This document shows, piece after piece, positions 40,701 to 53,885 of a stretch of 64,000 nucleotides of DNA. The DNA is from Malacoraja senta (taxonomy: Eukaryota): positions 62,001-126,000 of the forward strand of contig JAXLNO010000252.1 in assembly GCA_038087875.1 (NCBI GenBank). Direction: 5' to 3'. The stretch's first letter is position 1; each line of letters opens with the position of its first letter. Position numbers and translations under genes: made by a program. A model generated the notes under the pieces. That model was not told the origin of the DNA and searched no databases. It saw only the letters and a list, made by a program, of their open reading frames with translations.

Positions 40701-43700
40701 CTCTGGAACTCTCTGCCACAGACGGTAGTTGAGGCCAGTTCATTGGCTATATTTAAGAGGGAGTTAGATGTGGCCCTTGTGGCTAAAGGTATCAGGGGGT
40801 ATGGAGAGAAGGCAGGTACGGGATACTGAGTTGGATGATCAGCCATGATCATATTGAATGGCGGTGCAGGCTCGAAGGGCCGAATGGCCTACTCCTGCAC
40901 CTATTTTCTATGTTTCTATATTTCTATACCTCACATGCCCTTCGTCCCTTTAATGACTTCTGCTTTCAGAGCCTCCACCCCCTCATCTTTACCATGGACA
41001 TTCATTCACTCTACGCCTCCATCCCCCACCAGGAAGGGCTTAAAGTCCACCATTTCTTCCTCGACCGCAGAACCATCCAATTTCCCTCTACTAACACTTC
41101 TCCGCCTGGTTCTCACTCTTAATAACCTCCTTCGAATCCTTCCACTTCCTCCCAGTCCAAGGCCCTATCCCCGAACTCTATCTCCATTACATTGATGACT
41201 GCATTGGTGCTACCTCCTGCACCCATGCAGAAATCATGGCCCATCAACCACCACTAATTTCCCTCCTGCAATCAAATTCACTTGAACCATCACCGACACC
41301 TCCCTCCCCTTTCTTGATCTCACAGTCTCCATCACAGGAAATAGACTATCGATAGATGTCTATTACAAACCCACTGACTCCCACAACTATCTCGACTACA
41401 CTTCTCCCTACCCTGCTTCATGCATAGACTCTATCCCCTACTCCCAATTCTTCCGTCTATGCCGCATCTGCACCCAAGATGAGGCGTTCCATACCAGGAA
41501 ATCCGAGATGTCCTCATTCTTTTGAGAACGGGGGTTCCCCTCTCCCATCATAGATGAGGCCCACACTCATGTCTCCTCGATACCCCACAGCTCTGCCCTT
41601 GCCCCCCCTCCCCCTAGTCACAACTTAGACAGAGTCCCCCTTGTCCTTACCTTTCACCCCATCCGCCGCCACACACAGCACATAATCCTCCAAAATTTCC
41701 GCCACCTCCAACGGGATCCCACCACTAGCCACATTTTCCCTTCCTCCCCATTCTACCTTCCGCAAAGACCATTCCCTCTGCAACTCCTTGGTTAACTCAT
41801 CCCTTCCCACCTAAACCACCCCCTCCCCAGTACGTTCCCCTGCAACCGCAGAAGATGCAACACCGGTCCCAACACCTCCTCTCTTGACTCTGTCCAGGAA
41901 CCCCAACAGTCCTTTCAGGTTAGGCAGAGGTTCACTTGCACCTCCTCCAACCTCATCTACTGTATCCATTGTTCAAGATGTGGACTCTTATACATCGATG
42001 AGACCAAACGCAGACTGGGCGATCATTTCACTGAACACCTTCGCTCAGTCTGCCTGAACCTACCTGATTTCCCGGTGGCTAAAACTTTAATTTTCCTTCC
42101 CATTCCCACACAGACCTTTCTGTCCTAGGTCTCCTCCATTGTCAGAGTGAGGATGAATGCAAATTGGAGGATCAGCATCTCATCTGTTGATTTCTCTAAC
42201 TTCAGGTAGCCCCGGCATTCCCTCTCACTCTTTCCCTCCCCACCCAAGACACACTAGTTTCTAATTTTCACCTAACAAATAGCTAACAATGGCCTGTTTC
42301 ATCTCATCATTATTTTTTTGCATATCCTCCATTCATTGTTCTTTATCTCTTTACATCATCGCCTATATCTCTTGATTCCCTTATCCATAACCAGTCTGAA
42401 GAAGGGTCTTGAACCAAAACGTCACCCATTCCTTCTCTCCAGAGATGCCGCCTGTCCCGCTGAGTTACGCCAGCTTTTTGAGTCTATCTTCGGTTGAAAC
42501 CAGCATCTGCCGTTCATTCCTATACAGCTTTAACCAATACCTAGATGCAAAGATTAATTCTATTGTGGACTGAAGGGAAATTGGAGATTTGATCTACCAC
42601 TAAACTCATCAGTTGGGAAGCATCATAGTCAGAGGTTTAGACTCTCCTGCCCTGGGTAAAATACTGTGGCTATTCCCCTTATCTGTGCACCTTATATAGA
42701 TCTTATACACATCTATAAAAGTATCCTGATGGGCTCCAAAGAAAAATATCCTTGCCTGTCCAACATCTCCTTATAACCCAGCCTTTCAGACAATGAAATT
42801 ATCATAAATCCTTTTGTAACCTCTCTCATTTACTAACAACCTCATTGTGTCAAACGCTGTATTTAATATCCTGACCTATAAAGCATGAGTGACAAACACA
42901 TTCTTCACCACCCTGCCTGTCACTGTTGCATCTTCCATGGCACTGTGTACCTGCAGCCCGAGATCTCTCAGTTCTATAAAGTTCCCCGTTTACTGTGTAT
43001 GTCCTGCCCTGGTTTGTCTCAGCAAAGTGCATCACCTCACCTTCACATTAATAAATCCCACCTGCCGTTCCTGGGCCCATTGGCCCAGTTCACAGGGATC
43101 CCATTTACTCTCAGATAACTTTCTTCACTCTCCACAATGTCACCAATTTTAGTTTCATCTGCAAACTGACTAACCGAGCAACCTACATACACACCCAATC
43201 ATGTATATCAATAAGGAACAACAGTGGACTCTGTCTCCAGTCTGAAAAATGACCCTCTACCAACATCCTCTGCGACCTTCAGGTAAATGTTGTATTGCAT
43301 CGGCTAGTTCATCCCGGATTCCATGAAATCCAACCTTCCAGAGCGGCCTCTCATGCGGTGTGTAGAAGTTGCTTCTCTCAGAGGGAAGTGGATATCTGGA
43401 ATATTGTGCCCAAGATGGTGATGAAAAGCTGAGTTATTGGATATCTGCAATTTGACTAAAGATAAATATTTGATAGATGGAAAAATTAAGATTATGGGGA
43501 ACTCACACAGAAGAGGAATTGGTGCCAACTTAGATCAGCCATGATCACATTGAATGGAGGGGCAAGCCTGAGGAGCAGATCCTAATCCTGCTCCTGTTTT
43601 CTTGTGTTCCTATGCTACTGTGTACCGATAAATTGACAGACTTGACACAGAGGAAATGCAGCAAAGATTAACAATACTTGTTCCTGGGGCAATGAGTTTG

Positions 43701-46514
43701 AGTAGACTAGCCCTGTGTACTCGAGAGTTCGGGTGTATAGGAGGAGATCTCGGTGAAACACAAAGTTCTTACAGGGCTCAGTGGGCTGGATGGAGGGTGG
43801 ATGTTTCCCCTGTCTGAGGGGTCTGGAGAACGGGCACCATCTCAGAATGTGGGCTGCACCAAGTAGGACAGAGATAAGGAGACATTACTGCACGCAGAGA
43901 CTGGGGAACCTTTGGAATTCCCTGGACTGGTGGCTGTGGAGACTCAATCATTCAGTGCTCTTGAAGCTGAGAGCCATGGTTGTACATTACAGAATCAGGC
44001 CCTTTGGCCCATCACATGCTTGTCCACCTTTTCCCCTGATATACTAATCGATTTGCTCACATTACATCGGTATTCTTCAACACCTCACGTATTTAATTGC
44101 CACAAATATAGAGATTGTATCTCACTCCACCAACTCCTCTGTAGCATGTTCCATATATCACCCACTCTCAGTGCAAAGAAAACTTCCAACTCAGATCCAC
44201 TTTAAAATTCCTTGCTCTGATGATAAACCTGCACTCTCTTGATCTGATCTCCCTGCATGCGAATACGATTTTGATAATCTACCCGATATCCTGCTGCAGG
44301 CTTTGACAACCTTCCCTGCTATCCACAATTTCTGCGTCCTCCACAGACTTACTAATCAAATCTCCTACATTCACATCCAAGCCGTGAAAATATAACATAA
44401 ACAGCAAAGGTTGCAGCACCGATCTCTGCTGCACTCAACCAGTCACAGACCTCCAAGCAGAAATATCATCCTTCTACCGCTACATTCAACCCAACCACCA
44501 AGCCAAATTTGGATCCATTTTACCAGCTCGCCTTTGATCCCACCTGCCTTTACTTTCTGGACCAGCCTTATACTGTCAAGTCTCACAGTGAAGTTCTGTA
44601 TTGGTTAAAAATGAAACCAGTTTGTTCTTCGTTGTCCAAATCCATCAAATCCACCTGTGAATCCCCTCTCTTTCAGTGACCTGACAACCACAAGTCTCTG
44701 TTAAGGTTCATTTCTTAAAACAGACAACTCACAATAGGTTAGGTACACCAACACAAGCTTTACTGATCATTAGCCAGCGAGTGCCAGGGATACAAAGTAA
44801 AGTATACAACAGATACTTAACCCTCCTGAGCCACCACTCTAATGAACAAAGACATACAGCATCAATGTATAGTATTTTGGAAACGTAGTCACATGTTTAT
44901 ACAGAGTAGCAACAATGACGTCTAACACAAATAAATCACAGAGTATACCCATTCATAGTATTCTTGTTACTAATACAATAATTGTCATCTTGTGGTTCTA
45001 TCAATCACAAATTGTTGATCACAAACTTCGAAACAACAGGAACTTAGTCAACATTTACTTCTCTTCTCCCCACCCCCTATCAGTCTGAAGAAGGGTTTCA
45101 GCCCGAAACGTTGCCTATTTCCTTCGCTCCATAGATGCTGCTGCACCCGCTGAGTTTCTCCAGCATTTTTGTGTACCGTCAACATTTACAATTCTGTCTT
45201 AACAATGTAATCATGATGTCAGCTACCAACCAGAAGGCTTCTGTTTACAGAAGCTACCACCTTCTCAGGAAATACATCCTCTCTCACTATTGAAATGTTT
45301 TTTTTTGCTTGGGCATAACAGGAAGCAGCTTGAATGCCGGCCTCTAACTTCCTGATTACCCAGCTCTTGTACAGCACAGAATTACAAAGTTTAGTTTCCT
45401 CAGAACCCAAATAAGTCAAATTAATCTTGATTGAATCAATTCTAATTATAAAATATATTGCTATTAACTCGGATATTATCATCTACACCCATTCTGTCTA
45501 ACACCTCATCATTCAACCTCTGCTACCTTCCATGGTCCAAGCCACCCCGCCCCCCCCTCACCCTCCACTCAAAGAAACAGGAGCAGGACATCTGGCCCCT
45601 CATGTCTACCCCCATTCACTATGATCATGGCGACTCCACCCCACCCCACAACTCTACCTCCTCTTTAACAACCTCAAATTGCCACTCACGTCAATATCTT
45701 CTTCTCCAACATGCCTCCATCTCTGAATAGCCCGCTTCATTCCTCCATCCCCATCGCAATCTCGCAATCCTCCTCACTCTCCGCACTCGTCCACCCTCCC
45801 CCACCTCACGAAATTCCCCTCTCCATCCCCAGATTAAAAACTCCGTGACACATGTCTGTTGTCCACCCGATGTTGTTGTGGGTGAAACCCCAGACAAGGT
45901 TTCAGTTGTCCGCCCGCCTGTGCCCGAGTCTCCCCCCGACCCCCGGGGACTGACTCTCTGATTCTCTGCTTCTCCCCCCAGTCTACGTCACCCTGGATGT
46001 GGAAACAGCGCATGCGCGGCTCGAGGTGTCTGAGGATCGGAAGAGGGTGAGAAATACCGGGACCGTGAGGAGTCTCCCTGACACCGGGAAGAGGTTTACA
46101 TACTGGCAGTGTGTGCTGGGATCGGAGGGATTCACATCGGGGAGACATTACTGGGAGGTGGAGGTGGCGGGGAGTCGGCGCTGGTGTCTGGGAGTCGCCG
46201 CAGAGTCTGTGGACAGGAAGGGATGGGTCACACTGACCCCGGAGACTGGAGTCTGGATCATCAGGCGGTGGGATGACGAGTTTGATGCATTCACCTCCCC
46301 TCCATCCCCTCTCCCCGCCCGTCCCTTCCCCGGGAGGGTGGGAGTTTATCTCAGTTACGAGTCCGGGACAGTTTCATTTTACGACGCGGACACCAAGTCC
46401 CATCTCTACACCTTCACTGGGAATAAATTCACGGAGAAACTTTATCCTTTCTTCGGGCCTTGGGATATAGGCCACTGGCTGAGAATCTGCTCCGGTTCCG
46501 CTCCGGGTGTGTAA
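34761..46514 (+). CDS. TRIM-C: complete RING/B-box/coiled-coil/PRY-SPRY TRIM (TRIM39/A33/nuclear factor 7-like class), 471 aa; join(34761-35171,35261-35356,35849-36082,39276-39298,39396-39514,45982-46514)
   Basis: Six exons of 411+96+234+23+119+533 = 1416 nt, all GT-AG and in frame with no internal stop. RING, B-box, heptad-rich exon 3 and B30.2 motifs are present. Confidence 0.93.
35423..35620 (+). mobile_element. tRNA-derived V-SINE-like element in TRIM-C intron 2
   Basis: gggcagcgcagtgacacaagtagtg...gggttcgatcc...; shared with TRIM-A. Confidence 0.65.
36519..37930 (+). mobile_element. CR1 LINE in TRIM-C intron 3 (paralog of 29204-32720), internally deleted at ~37575
   Basis: [44 protein letters not shown]; jumps from SGVPQG directly to GLDKLD. 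Confidence 0.85.
38270..38847 (-). mobile_element. CR1 3' fragment in TRIM-C intron 3
   Basis: [17 protein letters not shown]...; mirror of 28284-28864. Confidence 0.85.
39585..42210 (+). mobile_element. Degraded Penelope-like element (paralog of 22240-27550), split by a CR1 at ~39762-40925
   Basis: Reverse complement of the left-arm copy; [18 protein letters not shown]. Confidence 0.8.
39762..40925 (+). mobile_element. Young 5'-truncated CR1 LINE, right arm only
   Basis: Open RT frame to ...[10 protein letters not shown]; absent at the matching left-arm site (~27372). Confidence 0.9.
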
Positions 46515-46668
46515 AAGGGTCGGGTCCCGGGACCGGCGTCAGGAGCGGGGCTCAGCCAGGGGCTGTGGGGCAGAAACCCGGTGGACAACAGGTCGGCGCT
46601 GAACGAACGGCTCCCATTTAATCCCCAAATTCCGCGTCGTGAAACAAACCCCAGTGAGTGAGCGCGGA

Positions 46669-46710
46669 AATAAAACCAGGGGGATGTAAATGTGGGAAGT
46701 GTGAAATAAA
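46669..46710 (+). terminator. Polyadenylation signals of TRIM-C (AATAAA at 46669 and 46705)
   Basis: Two AATAAA 155-190 nt after the stop codon, followed by a GT-rich (TGTC)n element. Confidence 0.7.
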
Positions 46711-47089
46711 CAGCAACTGAAATCAGAGCTGTCTGTCTGTCTGTCTGTCGATCCGTTCATTTTAACGCGTTAACCGCGTCCGGCAACGGAACAGAAATTA
46801 CTTTTGTGAAAATATAAAGACTGAAACAATCTCCCTTCCCGCGGGTTCAGCAGCAGCCGCGGGCGGCGGGTCCTGAGCTCCGGGCTCACCCGGGTCCTAA
46901 AGTCCGCCGAATTCTAGTTCGGACCCTAATGTCTGCCGAATCTTGTCCCTTCCCACCCCACCGGGGGGGGGGGGGGGGGGGGGTGGGGGCGGACGAGTGT
47001 CCCTGGAACCGAGCAATCGGGAGGGAGAGGCCGGGGTTACCCGGCGCGGTGTCTCCCCGCCCAACGTGCTGTCAGTGCCCCCCTAAAAC

Positions 47090-50000
47090 TGTCCAGTGAA
47101 GTTGATTTAACTATATTGTTGTCTAGTTTATTTCATTCCTTTAAGGTTCTCATTTGAATAATATTTTTTATTGGAGGCAAATACATATCATATTGAAAAC
47201 ATTTCATGTATCTCATTTCTACATTACTAATATTATCAAACGTCATTCGTGTTGTCTCCAATAGTTTTTTTTTTATATAGATAGAAAATAAGAAAGTAGC
47301 GGAAAGAAAGAAAAGAAAAAAAAGGGGGAAAGAAAAAAAATAGGAGATAATAAAGAAGAATGGGATAACTTACTAAAAGTACATCATTAGAGATATATTC
47401 GTACATTTCAAAGTATAACATTTCATCTAATCCTTAGCTCGAGTTTTAGTCAGGTTCTCGTGTCGAACCAGTCTGACCCTTCAAATAATCAATAAATGGA
47501 GACCATGTTCTGATAAATAATTCTTGTTTGACCATTAGGACAAGTCTAATTCTTTCCAAATGTAAGGTCTCCGACATTTCTATGATCCACATTTTAATTG
47601 TGGGGGTTATAGGACCTATCCAAAATTTTTGTTTTAATTTTTTTCCAGTTATTATACTATAATCAATAAAGTTTCTTTGAGTTGTTGTAAATGTTTGATT
47701 TTGTTCTAATATTCCTAGTATTATTAATTTTGAATCAGGATCCAATTGAGTGTTGACAACTATAGATATTATTCTAAAAATATTTGCCCAGAATGTTTTA
47801 ATTTTTATACAATTCGCAAATGTATGAGTTAAGTTAACATCTAAATGTTGACATTTATCACAAACAGGGGAGATAAGTGGGAAGATCCTATTTAATTTTG
47901 TTTTAGAATAATGTAATCTATGTAGTACTTTGAATTGTATTGGAGAGTGTCTGGCATTTAATGAACATTGATGTATGTGTTGTAAACTTTCTTCCCAAGT
48001 ATCTTTCGTTATTGTTTGCTTTAGTTCCTTTTCCCATGTTTGCCTATATAAGTCCGTCGATGGTATCTCACTATCTAATAAGGTATTATATATGTGATAT
48101 ATTAATTTTTCTGTATTAGGATGTTTATTCAAACAGTCATCAAGGATTTCTGAATCTCTAGTTCTGAAGTTTTGAGTATTTGCTTTAACATAATCTCTAA
48201 GTTGTTGTTATCTGAAAAAATCATTTAAATGGAGTCCATAAGTCTGTTGCAGCTCCTGAAATGAAAGAAATGTGCCTTTCTTATAAAGTTGTCCCATCAT
48301 TTTAATTCCATAATTTTTCCATTGTATGAAACCTTTATCCAAGCAAGGTTTAAATGAAGGGTTGTTCACAATGGGAAGCAAAAGTGATAAATTATCCCAT
48401 TTTAATGTCTTTTTTAATTGTTTTCAAATTCGCATAACACTATATATTATAGGATTTTCCCTATAAATTTTGTTGTTCAATTTAGAAGTAGCAAATAGTA
48501 TCGAGCCAATTTCAAAGGGTAAACAATCTTCCTTTTCCATTTTTAACCAATCCGGTTGTTGATCTATTTCGTCCAACCAAAAATTCATATTTTTAATGTT
48601 AACTGCCCAGAAATAAAACAAAAAAATTGGTAGATCTAAACCTCCATTTATTTTTGATTTGCACAAATGTTTTTTGCTTATCCTATGATTCTTATAATCC
48701 CAGATAATCATTCCTTTAAGGTTCTTACAAAGAATGAGTTCTTATAAATATCTGTCCTGGCGATTGGGGTTTTTATTTGCATATAATTTCTCTTTCTTGT
48801 ACTCCTTTATGTTGAGTATGATATGTATCTATCTGCAGTTATGCCCACCATCCCCTTTTGAATATTGTACAACATGGCTAGTCTGTTCCTTGCCCTTCTT
48901 GTTTCCAGCGTTTCCCACTCCAGGTCGGACAGCATCTGGGTGACACTGCTACCACTATTGTAGTTCCCGATGTAAAAGCGTGCTGCTTTCCTCTTGTACC
49001 CCTTCTAGTTTGTTGATATGACCAGTTTTGTATGGGTCCCAGGTGCATGAAGCGTATTCCAGCAAGGGTCTAACCAATGTTGTATATGCTGTGGTTTTCA
49101 CTTCCTTTGGGCAGAACCAGAGGTTTCGTCCAAGGAATCCTAGTGTCTAGTTGGCTTTAGAGACCGTGTTGTCCATGTGTTACCCCCACGAAAGCTTGCT
49201 ATCAAGATGAACTCCAAGGTATGTCTGTGAACTTGTACGATGAAGTATTTGTCCACAGAAGACGTAGTCTCGAGTAGGTGGTTTGTTCTTGTTTGAAATT
49301 ACCATAATTGAGGATTTGGTTGGGTTGAAGCTCATCTTCCATGTGTTTTGCCTTATTTCCAAGGACTTATGGTCTTCTTATAAGGAGTTCATATCTTCCG
49401 CTTCAGTGACAGGTGTATATACAAGACAATCATCTGCGAAGAGTCTAGTTTTACAATTTATGTGTTCAGGTAGATCATTAATGTACGTCAGGAACAACAG
49501 TGGTCCTAGGACCGTGCATTGCGGTACTCCTGACAGTACTTGTTGTTCTAAAGAAATGTTTCCTTCACAGGCCACCCTCTGCGTCCGGTTTGTGAGAAAG
49601 TCCCTAATCCTGTTATGTAGACTATTTCTGATGCCATAGTAATCCAGTTTTCCTAGGAGCCTTTCATGAGGAACTTTATCAAATGCTTTTGAATAGTCCA
49701 GGATTGCCATATGTATAGATTTCCCCCTTATCTAATGCCCTTGTGATGTCATCAATAGTGACAATAAGTTGTGTTTCCGTTGAACGTTTTGTTCTGAAGC
49801 CATGTTGTGAGTCCACCAGTATCCCATTCTTTTCGAAATGGTCCATGATGTGAGAGTGTATGATGTGTTCCATGATCTTACATGTAACACTGGTCAGTGA
49901 AACTGGTCTGTAATTCTCAGGCGCAGCCTTATTGCCCTTCTTAAATATTGCACAGATGTTGGCTTCCTTCCACTGTCGTGGTAGTGACCCACAATCAATT

Positions 50001-50690
50001 AAGGACTGGAATGAATCTGTGAGTATGGGTGCTATTTTCGATGCGAACATCTTTAGAAACCATGGTGGCAACTGATCTGGGCCCGCTGCTTTGCTTGGCA
50101 TAAGGTTCTGTAGTTTTGTTAGTACTCCTGCCTCATGGATCACTAGTTCAGGATATCCTGTATGTTACTGGTTCCCATCGATGGAATGTATGACTTGTTT
50201 TCCCTCGTAAATACACTGGTGAATTGAGCATTAAGTGCTTCGGCCTTCCCTTTCCCGTCACTTACAACTGTGTTGTTCACCATGACGTCTGCCACTCCCT
50301 TCTCTCCGTTACCCAAACGTTTCATATAAGACCAAAATTGCTTGACGTTTTCTTTCATTGCTGTGGTGAGGTTGTTTGATACAAAGTCTTGTTCGGCTTT
50401 ATTCAGAGCTTTCCTTAATTCATTCTGGCAATTTACAAAGGAACCCCAATCTTCTCTGTCTTGTTTTCTTTGCTTTATTGTATGCCCTCAGTTTCTCTAG
50501 TCTGAGTCTGTGGTGATGTCTGGTGAACCAGGGTAGGGTATTTGGTTTGGCTACGGTCTTTTTTGGAATATGTCTCTCCATGATCTGCTTTATTTCAGTT
50601 TCACCAGTGTCCCACTTCTCCTGAATAGAGAAGCATTCCCCATTGAGAGATAATGGTCCCGTAAAGCATCCAGGTCTGCATTGATCAGTT
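47090..50690 (-). mobile_element. Longer paralogous copy of the RTE-X-like LINE, interrupted by L1 at 47151-48707
   Basis: [47 protein letters not shown]. Confidence 0.75.
47151..48707 (-). mobile_element. 5'-truncated L1 (ORF2 C-terminus plus 3' UTR) with 18-bp TSD
   Basis: GGLDLP...YFWA, QFKVLHRLHYS, CDKC...LTHTFANC; TSD tcattcctttaaggttct at 47133-47150 and 48708-48725. Confidence 0.88.
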
Positions 50691-51303
50691 GTTTAAGAAG
50701 GAACTGCAGATGCTGAAAAATCGAAGGTAGACAAAAATGCTGGAGAAACTCAGCGGGTGAGGCACCATCTATGGAGCGAAGGAAATAGGCGACGTTTCGG
50801 GCTGAACCCTTTTCCTCCTTCGCTCCATAGATGCTGCCTTACCCGCTGAGTTTCTCCAGCAGTTCTGTCTACCTGCATTGATCAGTTCCTCGTTTGCTTT
50901 CCGCCGTAGGTAGTATTTCCTTCTGGCCTTCTAGGTTGTCGTTTCCACTATATGGGGGGCACCGTAATATTTTCTGTGTTCAGGGCCTAGAGGCATTAAT
51001 CCGGCCCTGGCAGTTCATTCATCTTCAACCCCCCCTCCCTCCCCCTCCCTCCCGTCTCTCTGGTGTGGGGAGAAACTCAAGCGGACCAACGTGTATCTGT
51101 CTCTGAATCTGTAAGCGGACCGTGTAGGGTCCATCTCGTGGAAACGGAACTAAGAGTGCGCACGCTTTAATAAAGCGAAGCGGGGACGCGGCGCTGTGGG
51201 CGCTGGCAACGTAGTGCGGACCCAATAGGGCGGACCGTGGACAGGAAACTACATAGCGGACCGTGTAGGGTGAACCAAGAGCGAAGGGGGCAGCCTATCT
51301 CCC

Positions 51304-51411
51304 CCAGGTCCGCGCTCGATCTTCACCCTGCCAGGTCCGCGTTTGTGCTCCACTCTGCCGGGTCCGCGTTCGACTTCCACCCTACCGGGTCCGCGTTCGA
51401 CCTCCACCCTG
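51304..51411. repeat. 27-bp GC-rich tandem repeat x4
   Basis: ccgggtccgcgttcgacttccacccta-like units. Confidence 0.8.
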
Positions 51412-51739
51412 CTGCTGCTGGTTTACAAAAATAGAATTAGGTTAAGAATAAGGGGTCGTCCATTTACGACTGAGATGTGGAAAAACCTCTTCACCCAGAG
51501 AGTTGTGAGTCTGTGCTATTCTCTGCCACAGAGGGCGGTGGAGGCCGGTTCACTGGATGCTTTCAAGAGAGGGCTAGATTGGGCTCTTAAAGATAGCGGA
51601 GTCAGGGGATATGGGGAGAAGGCAGGAACGGGGTACTGATTGGGGATGATCAGCCATGATCACATTGAATGGCGGTGCTGGCTCGAAGGGCCGAATGGCC
51701 TACTGCTGCACCAATGTTTCTGTGTCTCCTCCCCGAGTT

Positions 51740-52170
51740 TTTTTTTCAAAAAATAAAATTAAACAGAGTATTAACAGGATCAAAGCCTATGTAGAAACAA
51801 ACGATCAACAAAGTCCTTCAGAGTCCCCATGGACACTGCGTGTGTGTTCCCTCTCCAGGGACACGCGGGCACGGACGTAGGCCCGGAAAAGGGGCAGGCA
51901 GCCGACCCCGGTGTGGCCATCGACTACCCGCTGCCCGGACCCGCGAATGGCCATCTTGGCCAGGAGCAGACGGACAGGGATACCCCCCCCCCCTCTCCTC
52001 TCTCCCTCCCGACCCGACCCCGTCATGTAGCGAAAGCTTCAGGAGCTGCCCCTTCAGATAGTAGAACAGGGGCTGCAACCTCTCACTCTGCATGTAGACA
52101 TGGAACACGGTCTCTTCCTCGCTGCAGAATTGGGAGCCTCCCACAGCCGACCTCGAGGGTGCGGTGGGCC
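51740..52170 (-). mobile_element. Tx1-type L1-clade element, 3' end fragment
   Basis: FCSEEETVFHVY...RLQPLFYYLK and LLLAKMAI...CLPLFRAYVRARVSLEREH resemble the Tx1 ORF2 C-terminus; A-rich tail on minus. Confidence 0.65.
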
Positions 52171-52639
52171 TGACCCCCCGTTCCCTCTCCTCTCCTCCTG
52201 GTCTCGCTCCTGCTTTTGATCCGTTTACAAATTGAACACGCACGCAGTCGTCGGAATCTAATTGGCACTTTTATTGTCACAGGTGTGAAACGCTACACAC
52301 GGCAATTATATTTTTGATTACAAACAGTCCAGTAGAATATTACCGTACCCCAGGTCAGCAAGTGTACATAAACAGTCTATTGATCCTGTAAACAAGAGCC
52401 CACACCGGTCAACATGTTCCATCTACACTAATCCCACCTGCCTGCATTTGGCCCATATCCCTCTAAACCTGTCCTATCCACGTACCTTTCCAAATGTTTC
52501 CTAAACGTTGAGATAGTAACGGCCTCATCTACCTCCACTGGCAGCTCGTTCCATACACCTACCACCCTTTGCATGAAAACGTTACCTGCTCCGATTCCTA
52601 TTAAATCTTTCCCCCCTCACCTTACTGGACAATTACATA

Positions 52640-53520
52640 GATACATAGAAAATATGTGCAGGAGTAGGCCAAACGGCCCTTCGAGCCTGCACCGCCATTC
52701 AATATGATCATGGCTGATCATTCAACTCAGTATCCCGTACCTGCCTTCTCTCCATACCCCCTGATCCCTTTAGCCACAAGGGCCACATCTAACTCCCTCT
52801 TAAATATAGCCAATGAACTGGCCTCAACTACCCTCTGTGGCAGAGAGTTCCAGAGATTCACCACCACCTGCAATTAGGTGCAGGAGTAGGCCATTCGGCC
52901 CTTCGAGGCAGCACCACCATTCACAGTGATCATGGCTGATCATCCACAATCAGTACCCCGTTCCTGCCTTCTCCCCATATCCCCTGACTCCGCTATACTT
53001 AAGAGCTCTATCTAACTCGCTCTTGAAAGCCTCCAGAGAATTGCTCGCCACTGCCTTCTGAGGCAGAGAATTCCACAGATACACAACTCTGGGTGAAAAG
53101 TGTTTCCTCATCTCCGTTCTAAATAGCGTTTCCCTTATTCTTAAATGGAGGCCCCTGGTTCTGGACTACCCCAACATCGGGAACATGTTTTCTGCCTCTA
53201 GCATGTCCAAATCCTGAATAATCATGTGTTTCAAAAAGATTCCTTCTCATCCTTCCAAATTTAAGTGTATACAAGTATGACAGTCCCGCCATCCCGGGAA
53301 TTAACCTGGTGTACCTACGCTGCACTCCCTCAATAGCAAGAATGTCCTTCCTCAAATTCGGAGACCAAATCTGCACACTATACTCCAGGTGTGGTCTCAC
53401 TAAGGCCCTGTACAACTGCAGAAGGACCTCTTTGCTCCTATCCTCAACCCCTCTTGTTCTGAAGGCCAACATGCCATTGGCTTTCTTCACTGCCTGCTGT
53501 ACTTGCATGCTTACTTTCAG
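52640..53520 (-). mobile_element. Stacked CR1 3' fragments
   Basis: [29 protein letters not shown], and repeated CR1 3' UTR. Confidence 0.8.
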
Positions 53521-53640
53521 GAGGCTATTCTCATGAGCCGAGCCTGTCCAGTATTCTTGCAGACCTAACTGGTGCCCAGGATTCATTGATCCCACCCAGC
53601 CTCTTTCCCCTCTCAGGATTACATAACTCCCCAAAAAACA

Positions 53641-53885
53641 GCTGTCTGTACGGAGTTTGTACGTTCTGCCCGTGACCTGCGTGGGTTTTCCCTGAGATCT
53701 TCGGTTTCCTCCCGCACTCCAAAGACGTGCAGGGTTGTAGGTTAATTGGCTTGGTGTAAATGTAAAAATGGTCACTAGTCGGTGTTGGAGATAGTGTTAA
53801 TGTGCGGGGATCGCTGTTCGGCGCGGACCCGGTGGGCCGAAGGGCCTGTTTCCACGCTGTATCTCTAAACGAAGCTGAACTAAAC
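53641..53885 (+). mobile_element. V-SINE body (5'-truncated)
   Basis: ctgtctgtacggagtttgtacgttctgcccgtgacctgcgtgggttttcc V-domain and LINE-derived tail gggccgaagggcctgtttcc. Confidence 0.7.

Larger units (their letters stand above)
36402..50079. repeat. Right arm of inverted segmental duplication
   Basis: For example 27618-27856 matches 39276-39514, 17765-18294 matches 45982-46514, and 16201 cagatcagttgcc matches 50079. Confidence 0.92.

Noticed and set aside
51830..52020. CpG-rich segment with AAGATGGC as a gene promoter or first exon
   Set aside because: It translates as the Tx1-type ORF2 C-terminus, so it is a retrotransposon remnant.
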